A stretch of DNA of 64,000 nucleotides, from the sequence record SRR20825019_2588, one strand, 5' to 3'. Both the position numbers and the translations under genes were made by a program. Below are positions 32,117 through 40,298 of this stretch, one piece after another. Position 1 is the stretch's first letter, and every line of letters starts with the position of its first letter. The notes below the pieces were generated by a model. It saw only the letters and a list, made by a program, of their open reading frames with translations. It searched no databases and had not been told where the DNA came from.

Positions 32117-33487
32117 TTATATTTTCAGTAGACCGGTCAGATTGGCAAACACAATCAGGATTGCAAGCGGTGACACGAAACGAATCAATATCAGCCAGCA
32201 GGTATGCAATACGCGATTGCCGATCGCCAACTCATCTGCGGTGCTGGCGGGTTTCATTATCCAGCCGGCGAAAATGGCTATCAGTAAGCCACCCAAAGGC
32301 AACATGATATTCGCAGTCAGGTAGTCAAGCAAGCCAAACGGCGTCTTGCCGAACAGCGTCCATTCCTTGCCGATATTGAACGAAAACAGGGTAAGCAGAC
32401 CCAGCAGCCAGATAATGCCACCGGAAAGCATGGTCGCATTACGCCGGCTGAAACCGTGATTCTCCACCATCCACGCCACAATCGGCTCTACCAGTGAAAT
32501 TCCCGAGCTCCAGGCTGCAAAAACTAAAAGCAGGAAAAAGATGCCGCCGAAGAAATCCCCACCTGGCATATGGCCGAAAGCAATCGGCAGCGTTTCAAAA
32601 ATCAGACTGGGACCGGCGCCGGGCTCCATGCCGTTAGCAAACACCAGCGGGAAAATCGCCATACCGGCCAGCAGGGCAACGCCGGTATCCATCACCGAAA
32701 TAGTGACTGACACTTTAAATATAGATGTCTTTTTAGGTAGATAAGAGCCATAAACCATAATGGCACCCATACCCAGGCTCAGCGTGAAAAACGCATGACC
32801 CATCGCAATCAGTATCGAGTTGGCCGTTAGCTTGGAAAAGTCGGCATCAAATAAAAAGTGCAGACTGCGGGTGAAGGCTTCACCGGTATTGGCAGCATAA
32901 GCGACCAGCATCAGCAGAATAATAAACAAAGCCGGCATCATAATGCGTACCGACTTTTCCAGGCCATGCTGGACACCACGGGTAACTACAAACATGGTGA
33001 TAACCATGAACAGGGTATGCCAGGCCAACAGCCGTTCCGGGTCATTGACCAATGCTGCGTGAATACTGGCAGCCCCGTCCGGGGTGACCCCTTCAAACAC
33101 GCCGAAGAAAGTACGGGGAATATAGGCCATCGCCTGACCGGCAATGACGCTGTAATAAGAAAGAATAAAGAAACCGGCCAGTATCCCCATCGCCCCCAGC
33201 CAGCGCCAGCCTGTGCTACGACCTTCTTCTTCTGCCAGCGACTTCAGGCTGTTAATCGGGTTCTGGCGACCGCGGCGGCCAATGAGGACTTCCGCCATCA
33301 TCAGTGGAATACCAATCACCGCAATACAGGCGAGATAGACCAGAACAAAGGCACCACCCCCATTCTCACCGGTGATATAGGGAAACTTCCAGATATTGCC
33401 AAGCCCAACAGCCGAACCGGTGGCCGCCAGAATAAACGCCCAGCGGGATGTCCACTCACCGTGTATCGACTTTTCAGGTCTTGCCAT
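32117..33487 (-). CDS. Sodium-dependent transporter, NSS/SNF family
   Basis: GSAVGLGNIWKFPY..GENGGGAF, AFFTLSLGMG. Confidence 0.93.
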   Translation of the reverse strand: MARPEKSIHGEWTSRWAFILAATGSAVGLGNIWKFPYITGENGGGAFVLVYLACIAVIGIPLMMAEVLIGRRGRQNPINSLKSLAEEEGRSTGWRWLGAMGILAGFFILSYYSVIAGQAMAYIPRTFFGVFEGVTPDGAASIHAALVNDPERLLAWHTLFMVITMFVVTRGVQHGLEKSVRIMMPALFIILLMLVAYAANTGEAFTRSLHFLFDADFSKLTANSILIAMGHAFFTLSLGMGAIMVYGSYLPKKTSIFKVSVTISVMDTGVALLAGMAIFPLVFANGMEPGAGPSLIFETLPIAFGHMPGGDFFGGIFFLLLVFAAWSSGISLVEPIVAWMVENHGFSRRNATMLSGGIIWLLGLLTLFSFNIGKEWTLFGKTPFGLLDYLTANIMLPLGGLLIAIFAGWIMKPASTADELAIGNRVLHTCWLILIRFVSPLAILIVFANLTGLLKI

Positions 33488-33617
33488 GTTTGCGTCCTGT
33501 TTGATGCACAAATTGCTCCGATTGTAACCAGATTTGAACGAAATCAACAAACAGCACTGACCTGAATGTATTTACTTAAATAATGAATACCAACGTTAAA
33601 AACTTTATAATGCGCGG

Positions 33618-34097
33618 ATGGCTAAAAAGAGCAAAAAGAAAACACTCAGTGACAACACCATTGCGGTCAACCGTAAAGTACGTCATGACTTTTTCATCGA
33701 AGAAACCTTTGAAGCAGGCATTTCGCTGGAAGGCTGGGAAGTCAAAAGCCTGCGTGACGGCAAGCTGCAACTGAACGAGAGCTATGTGCATATCCGTAAT
33801 GGTGAAGCCTATCTCGCCAATGCCCTGATCTCTCCGCTGAAAACGGCTTCCACGCATATCGTGCCCGAATCGCAACGTGACAGAAAACTGTTACTGCACC
33901 GGCGTGAACTGGATAAACTCATCGGCGCCGTCGAGCGCAAGGGCTACACTCTGGTACCGCTGACCATGTACTGGATAAAAGGCATGGCCAAGCTAAAAAT
34001 TGCCCTCGCCAAAGGTAAACAGCTTCATGATAAACGCGCTACTGAAAAAGAACGCGACTGGCAGCGTGATAAAGCCCGTATCATGAAAATGAAATAA
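33618..34097 (+). CDS. smpB: SsrA-binding protein
   Basis: [30 protein letters not shown]; directly upstream of tmRNA. Confidence 0.98.
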   Translation: MAKKSKKKTLSDNTIAVNRKVRHDFFIEETFEAGISLEGWEVKSLRDGKLQLNESYVHIRNGEAYLANALISPLKTASTHIVPESQRDRKLLLHRRELDKLIGAVERKGYTLVPLTMYWIKGMAKLKIALAKGKQLHDKRATEKERDWQRDKARIMKMK

Positions 34098-34153
34098 CTT
34101 TATCTGGCCCGGAAACTCCGGTTTCTTTATAATGTCCATGTAGTACAGCTTTA

Positions 34154-34518
34154 GGGGGCGACTTGGATTCGACGGGGATCGCAAAACCTGAGGTGCATGC
34201 CGAGTATTTCAGTTCTTCTCGTAAAACAGACTGGAAAATTAAAATAGTTGCTAACGATAACAACTACGCACTAGCTGCTTAATAACCAGCAAATGCCGTC
34301 CGACCAGACCCGTGCTTGTGCGACTGGTATCGGGCGTCGACTCACACAAGATCGTCTCGACGTAAGCTAGGTGCGAAGAGACTAAAACTTTAACTAGCTC
34401 GCTGTTTGTTTGCCCTGTCCATCGGGTTGCAAGCAGTTAAAATAAAAGATGGAATAAGCATGTAGATCCAAAGGCGGAGGATCTGCGGACGCGGGTTCGA
34501 TTCCCGCCGCCTCCACCA
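34154..34518 (+). ncRNA. ssrA: tmRNA; tag peptide ANDNNYALAA* (34250-34282)
   Basis: 5' GGGGGCGACTTGGATTCGAC, 3' GGGTTCGATTCCCGCCGCCTCCACCA with G3-U acceptor stem; resume codon after TAGTT; TATAAT at 34128-34133. Confidence 0.97.
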
Positions 34519-34520
34519 AT
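34505..34520 (+). repeat. attL core (3' end of ssrA)
   Basis: CGCCGCCTCCACCAAT, identical to 51722-51737. Confidence 0.92.
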
Positions 34521-34554
34521 TTGACATTTCATAATGTCTCATATCGTACTTAAA

Positions 34555-34579
34555 GGCCCGTTATTAAACGGGTTTTTTT
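34555..34579 (+). terminator. Island-supplied terminator for tmRNA
   Basis: gcccgtt-atta-aacgggt followed by T run. Confidence 0.75.
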
Positions 34580-34613
34580 GTGTCTATCATTTCGTGACGT
34601 CTCAGGTTATCTC

Positions 34614-34680
34614 TTGACATGCCCCCACATAGGGGTATAACTATTGGGGCATCTGCAACCTCATAATCGAGGTGCCCCCA
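34614..34680 (+). promoter_or_regulatory. Integrase promoter overlapped by candidate arm-type sites
   Basis: TTGACA (34614)-16 bp-TATAAC (34636); TGCCCCCA at 34620 and 34673, GGGGTAT at 34632, TGGGGCAT at 34645. Confidence 0.55.
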
Positions 34681-34681
34681 A

Positions 34682-35884
34682 ATGCCTCTAACAGATATCA
34701 AAATCAAGAATGCCAAACTAGGCACTAGGCCCGATGGATCAACAACATCAAAGTCATACCGCATTACTGATGGACGTGGTTTATACCTGGAAGTATCCCC
34801 AAGAGGCGGAAAGTATTGGCGCTTCAAGTATCGCATCAACGGTAAAGAAAAAAGACTATCTCTTGGCGTTTATCCAGACGTGAGCCTTAAGCTTGCAAGA
34901 GAGAGAAGAGATAACTCCAGAAAACAAGTGGCTGAAGGGATAGATCCCTAAGAGACGAGAAAGGCAGAGAAAATAGCTCAAGCTGGTATGGAAAGCTTCG
35001 AGGTTGTTGCTCGGGAATGGCATGGGAAATTCAAAATAAACTGGTCTCAAAGCCATTCTGAGCGAATATTAGCAAGGCTTGAAAATGACGTTTTCCCTTG
35101 GTTAGGAAAAGTTAATGTTGCCGAAATTTCACCGCCAAGACTACTCCAGACTTTGAGAAGAGTTGAGAGCAGAGGTGCTCTTGAAACAGCACACCGAATT
35201 CATCAGATATGCAGTCAAATTTTCCGTTATGCAATTGCTACAGGCAGAGCTGAGAGAGATCCAGCAGCTGATCTTAGAGGTGCTCTACCACCATCAAGGC
35301 CAAAACATCACGCATCTATCACCGAGCCTGAAAAAATTGGTGAGTTAATGCGGGCTATACAAAATTACTCGGGCACATTTGTGACTGCATGTGCTCTGAA
35401 GTTCGCCCCGCTAGTTTTTGTTCGTCCTGGCGAGCTCAGAAAAGCGGAATGGTCGGAGTTTGACTTTGGTAATGCAGAGTGGCGTATACCCGCAGAGAAA
35501 ATGAAGATGAAAACTCTGCACATTGTTCCGCTATCTTCACAAGCCCTAGACGTGTTGACTGAACTTGAACCGTTTACAGGTTCAAGTAAGTATCTCTTTC
35601 CATCACTAAGAACTTCGTCACGATCTATGAGTGAAAACACCATAAATGGTGCTTTAAGGCGTTTAGGTTATACAAAAGATGAAATGACGGGACATGGATT
35701 TCGCTCTATGGCCTCGACAATATTGAATGAACAGGGTTGGAGTAAAGATGCTATTGAAAGGCAACTTGCTCATAGTGAGCGTGATGGTGTGAGAGCAGCA
35801 TATAACTATGCTGAATACTTACCAGAGAGAAAAGAAATGATGCAGGCTTGGGCTGATTATTTGGATAGCCTCGCTGATTGGTGA
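34682..35884 (+). pseudogene. P4-like tyrosine integrase interrupted by an in-frame TAA (34949-34951)
   Basis: Arm-binding domain (DGRGLYL..KYWRFKYR..LGVYP) and catalytic domain (RPGE, HGFR, LAH, Y) are in one frame: ..GAT CCC TAA GAG ACG..GGT ATG. Confidence 0.88.
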
Positions 35885-35896
35885 GTAGGGCGGGAG

Positions 35897-36334
35897 ATGG
35901 CAAAAAAGAGCAGTGTTGAGCTAATGGATGCGGGTAAAGAACTTGGACGCTTACCTGATGAGAAAGAGCTGTACAGACTACTTGAGTACTACCCAAGTTA
36001 AGTTTGGGAGCACAGAAAACGCCTACTTGAGGGGTACCTCAATAATCAGACTATTGAACAGCTACTAGCAGAAAAAATTGCTGCTAAAGGTATAAAAACT
36101 CCAATCTCTGGCAGAGCAAAAGGAGGACACATTCGATGGATTAAAGAAAAAATAAAGCGGACTGTTGTCAGGATAAAATTTTTGAGGTATTGCCTTGATG
36201 ATGGCTTGTCTAAAAAACAGGCAAATCAAAAGTTACTTAAAGAATACGGTTCGTCTAAAGAAACATCAGACTCGGGTCAGTCTAATATTCGAAAAATGAC
36301 GCATTCTGCGGAGTTTGATAAAAAACATAAGTAA
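35897..36334 (+). pseudogene. 145-codon basic hypothetical gene with in-frame TAA (35999-36001); absent from ORF track
   Basis: GGGAG RBS, MAKKSSVELM..LEYYPS*VWEHRKRLL..FDKKHK*; frame stays open for 110 codons after the stop in AT-rich DNA. Confidence 0.6.
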
Positions 36335-36472
36335 AAAGTCACTTATTAAATAAAAACAAAAACCTTTTAAATACAACTGTATACAGCATTTTTCAGCACT
36401 TTCCCGCTGGAGTCCTTTCCCATAAAACCCGTAGATGGTTCAATTAACCTCTATTTCTTTTGAGGTTAAGTG

Positions 36473-36646
36473 ATGAAGTTAATCCGCTTACCAGAAGTCT
36501 GCAATCTGACAGGGCTCTCCAGGTCAAGTCTCTACAGAGCTATCAACGCTGGCTTATTCCCAAGATCAGTTCAACTGGGTCAGCGCTCAGTAGCATGGAG
36601 ACTGGATCAAGTTGAAGAATGGATTAACTCACGACCCGAAAATTAA
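36473..36646 (+). CDS. alpA: AlpA family regulator / recombination directionality factor (57 aa, below ORF-track cutoff)
   Basis: MKLIRLPEVCNLTGLSRSSLYRAINAGLFPRSVQLGQRSVAWRLDQVEEWINSRPEN; GAGG RBS. Confidence 0.92.
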   Translation: MKLIRLPEVCNLTGLSRSSLYRAINAGLFPRSVQLGQRSVAWRLDQVEEWINSRPEN

Positions 36647-36969
36647 AGCTTTTTTGCAGTTTATTAATGGCGTAAAACTGCACGTGCGAATATTCAGCGG
36701 ACTAACCACCTGCTGTCTCTCCCTGCACGACGCTGGGTACCCTGCTTATGTTATCGAGGGTAGAAAGAGGGAGGGCAAGAAGGGGTTTTACATAGCGATC
36801 CTGGCTCCACAAGGTTGAGGCTCTGTCTCGCCGTGGTAAGAACATAATTCCCTTACTCTTAATTGTCTATGGGGTAAGGGGCGAATATTCAAACCACGGT
36901 TGAGATTTAACATTAAATAGTAAAAGGACTGTTCTCTATTTAAAGTTATTTTTATTAGGAGAAATAGTT

Positions 36970-37188
36970 ATGGCTAGTGGCCAAGTCGATATCAGATATT
37001 CAAAAAGAACTAACAAATATAGATTACGTTTTCACGCTGTAGCTCATGATCAATTAGAGATGATTTTGTTAGCTTTGAAAGATGGACGAGAAGAGGCTAA
37101 CACAATGTATGACTCAGTGGCATTGGACCGTATCTGTATGTCTTACATTGAATCGAAAAACGGCAAACCTAAAGATTTGGCCCAGTGA
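36970..37188 (+). CDS. Small hypothetical protein (72 aa)
   Basis: Strong AGGAG RBS and ATG; family not recognised. Confidence 0.65.
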   Translation: MASGQVDIRYSKRTNKYRLRFHAVAHDQLEMILLALKDGREEANTMYDSVALDRICMSYIESKNGKPKDLAQ

Positions 37189-37247
37189 AATTAATTTCAC
37201 TGCGCAGTGCGTTTGAAGTTTTTTGATTAAATTTGAAGAAATAACCC

Positions 37248-37628
37248 ATGTCTCTAAAGCCAAAACAAGACATAGCTGCGTTGAGGGTAGCCAGTGGAGA
37301 AAAGCTAAAAGATATTGCTAAAGATTTAAACGTATCCGCAGCAACACTCTCAAACTGGCAAAGTGATCCTCACTTCATTGCAGCAGTAAATGCTAATAGG
37401 AAAGAGCTATTAAAGTCTTCATCCGACCGTCTGGCTAGTTTAGCTGCTATAGCGATGGACAGACTAGAGAGCTTGATTTTGTCAGATGACCAAAAAGTTA
37501 GTTTCCAAGCTATTAAGTTGGTAATGTCGGCAAATGGTTTAATTGGAGATAGTGAAAGGTCTTTCTTGAGATACGGGGCATGGATTGGCCCCACCTCTCC
37601 ACGAGCGATTATAAGAGAGAAAAAATAA
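37248..37628 (+). CDS. HTH protein (phBC6A51-like / small-terminase-like N-terminus)
   Basis: KLKDIAKDLNVSAATLSNWQSDPHF helix-turn-helix followed by helical region. Confidence 0.6.
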   Translation: MSLKPKQDIAALRVASGEKLKDIAKDLNVSAATLSNWQSDPHFIAAVNANRKELLKSSSDRLASLAAIAMDRLESLILSDDQKVSFQAIKLVMSANGLIGDSERSFLRYGAWIGPTSPRAIIREKK

Positions 37629-37645
37629 AATCTTCAGTAAGGTAG

Positions 37646-38101
37646 TTAATTTGTCCCCCTAATAGTTTGAAAAGCACAGTCAGAATTAAGCCAGTCGATA
37701 ACTTTTTCTGACAAAACTTCAGGAACAAGTTTCTTCTTCCCTTTTATCGCGCATTCCCAGACTATCATCACCCTCCAGCCCTGCTCTAAAAGTGCTTTGA
37801 TGTTCCTATTATCCCTTTCAACATTGGCGTGGATTTTATCTCTCCAGAAGCTTCCCCGAGTCTTTGGCCATTTGAAAAGTGGACAATCATGTCCATGCCA
37901 AAAACAACCGTTTATCTCTATAACTGCTTTGTATTTCGGAAGAACTAAGTCTGGTCTTCCGGGTAGTGTCTTATGGTGCAACCTATATCGAAGACCCTTC
38001 GCATGCAGCATTTTCCTCAGGGTTACCTCAGGTTTTGTATTTTTACCTCTGATCATGGACATATTTCTTGAGCGTGTGCCCGTGTCATGTACATCAGACA
38101 T
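37646..38101 (-). CDS. vsr: Very short patch repair endonuclease
   Basis: RSRNMSMIRGKNTKPE, LPGRPDLV, GCFWHGH, VWECA. Confidence 0.95.
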   Translation of the reverse strand: MSDVHDTGTRSRNMSMIRGKNTKPEVTLRKMLHAKGLRYRLHHKTLPGRPDLVLPKYKAVIEINGCFWHGHDCPLFKWPKTRGSFWRDKIHANVERDNRNIKALLEQGWRVMIVWECAIKGKKKLVPEVLSEKVIDWLNSDCAFQTIRGTN

Positions 38102-38182
38102 ATTCTTCACCTCCGTAAACACCCTGGTTTATAGACAAGAACCTGGTATCATTGCTCCGAACTATTTTGGCTATTACAAAAA

Positions 38183-40000
38183 ATGAAAAAGTCACAAAAA
38201 AAAATAAAAGTTATCGATTTATTTGCTGGTCCGGGTGGTTTGGGGGAAGGCTTCAGCAACTGCGAGAATGATTCACCTTTTGAAATAGCTATGTCAGTTG
38301 AGTTTGAAAAGCATGCGCATAAAACTCTCACGCTACGGGCACTGTATAGAAAACTTAATGAGACCGAACGCTCGAAATACTACCTCCCATACATCCAGAG
38401 TAAATCTGAATCAGAAAAAGAGCGTAACTTTAAAAATCTAACTGACAGTTGCTCAGCAAAATGGGTAGAAGCAAAGCATGAAACAATGGGTGAACCTCAT
38501 GCGCTGGGAAATCCAGAAAGATGGAGAAAAATTAAAAACGGCGAGACTCTAACGGAAGGTGACTTTCTTCCCACAAAGCATGAGCAGGCTATCATGCAGA
38601 GAATTGACGATATTAAAGCTGAGCATAAAGGACCATTAATTGTAATTGGTGGGCCTCCATGTCAGGCATATTCTGTTAATGGACGGAACAGGATAAGAGC
38701 CCAGAAAGACTACTCACCAGAAAATGATGAACGTTTTTTCTTGTATCAAGAGTATCTCAAGGTTTTGGACCGCGCAGACCCAGATATTTTTGTAATGGAG
38801 AACGTTGAGGGAATTCTCACTGCTAGGTTGGCAGATGGACAGCACATCTTTCCGAAAATTAAAGATGAACTTGTTATGCCAAATAGAAGCCGCGATGAGC
38901 AGTACGATATCTACTCCTTTGTGAGAGCACCATATGAGAGTGCCTCACAGGAGCATGGCCCTCTCTACCGGAAGAATTCAGATTATGTGATAACTGCGAG
39001 CGATTATGGAGTTCCACAAAATAGAAAGCGTGTAATTTTGCTGGGAGTCAAGCATAAATATGGTCCAGTCCAATCAGTGCTGAAAAAATCATCAGCTATC
39101 CCCAGAACTGCTGAATTACTATCTGGTTTACCTGTACTGAGAAGTGGCATGAGTGATGAGAGTGACAATTCTTCTACTTGGCTCATCAATTGGAAAAGGA
39201 ATAAAGGTGAGTTGATTGATTTACTGACTAAACACAGCACTGCAGAAGAAGTAGCTCAGCAAATTTGCCAAAACAAACTATTCAGAAAAAATCCTTCTAG
39301 GGATAAGTTACTAAGTTTGGGGGGCATGGTTTTCAATTCAGAGTACAAAGAACTTAGAAGTTTTTACATTGATGCATATGAAAAAACGCTCAGAGAGCTA
39401 GAGTCATGTAATGAATCTCTTGATTTATCTACAGATGGTGATGGTAAAGGAAATAATTTTTTTTGTTCTTCGGATAGTAACAATGGGGCCTTCACAGAGA
39501 GTTTTAAAACTGACTATCCTGAACTTTACTCTTGGCTCAACAAAAATATTGATGGTGCTTTGAATCATATTACCCGGGGTCATATGAAGAATGATTTGAA
39601 ACGGTACATGTTCTCTGCCGCGTGGTCTTCAGCCTACAGGAGGCAAAAAAGCCCATCTCCAAAGAGCAAAGACTTCCCACTAGATCTATCTCCGGAGCAT
39701 GGAAATTGGCACACGGGTCATCATGCAGATAGATTCAGAACTGTAAGTTATGACACCATACCATACACAATTACGAGCCATCTTAGAAAAGATGGTCACG
39801 CGCAAATTCATTACGATATCTCACAGAATCGCTCAATTACGGTTCGTGAGGCAGCTCGAATTCAGACGTTTCCAGATGACTACTATTTCGAGGGATCGCT
39901 TGGCTGGCAATATCAGCAAGTAGGTAATGCCGTACCACCCTATCTTGCTGTCCAGATTGCAAGACTAGTAAGGGAATTATTTGACTCCATAGCCGTCTAG
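38183..40000 (+). CDS. dcm: DNA (cytosine-5)-methyltransferase with large insertions
   Basis: IDLFAGPGG (I), GGPPCQ (IV), ENV (VI), PQNRKR (VIII), TVREAARIQTFPD (IX), VGNAVPP (X). Confidence 0.92.
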   Translation: MKKSQKKIKVIDLFAGPGGLGEGFSNCENDSPFEIAMSVEFEKHAHKTLTLRALYRKLNETERSKYYLPYIQSKSESEKERNFKNLTDSCSAKWVEAKHETMGEPHALGNPERWRKIKNGETLTEGDFLPTKHEQAIMQRIDDIKAEHKGPLIVIGGPPCQAYSVNGRNRIRAQKDYSPENDERFFLYQEYLKVLDRADPDIFVMENVEGILTARLADGQHIFPKIKDELVMPNRSRDEQYDIYSFVRAPYESASQEHGPLYRKNSDYVITASDYGVPQNRKRVILLGVKHKYGPVQSVLKKSSAIPRTAELLSGLPVLRSGMSDESDNSSTWLINWKRNKGELIDLLTKHSTAEEVAQQICQNKLFRKNPSRDKLLSLGGMVFNSEYKELRSFYIDAYEKTLRELESCNESLDLSTDGDGKGNNFFCSSDSNNGAFTESFKTDYPELYSWLNKNIDGALNHITRGHMKNDLKRYMFSAAWSSAYRRQKSPSPKSKDFPLDLSPEHGNWHTGHHADRFRTVSYDTIPYTITSHLRKDGHAQIHYDISQNRSITVREAARIQTFPDDYYFEGSLGWQYQQVGNAVPPYLAVQIARLVRELFDSIAV

Positions 40001-40298
40001 CTGCGAAGACTTTACACGCAGCCCTTGATTGAATAATTTAGGCCTCACTGACGAACTGATGCTGTGAAATGAGTTTAAAATATTTGTTCGTCTAATTATT
40101 CTCCCATCACAATGAGAAATTTAGATGTCCTCTGATCCTGAGCTAAAGGTGGGTCTTGGCAAAATTTGACTGCAATACTTGGGAAGTGATACTGATTTCA
40201 ACAGAAATCTACAATCAATAGTTGGTTTTGCTTTCATAACTATGTTGTTTGTAGCTAGGGATGTGACTTTCAGAACAGAATCATAAGGGACTATTTCA

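Noticed and set aside
36378-36387. CTGTATACAG as a LexA box
   Set aside because: Spacing is CTG-N4-CAG, not CTG-N10-CAG.
36612-36818. 68-aa ORF in the ORF track
   Set aside because: It overlaps the 3' end of the clear alpA gene in another frame, has a TTG start with no RBS and no recognisable motif.
34682-37628. Intact prophage or P4 satellite
   Set aside because: No structural, primase/helicase, psu/sid or lysis genes lie within the att boundaries.
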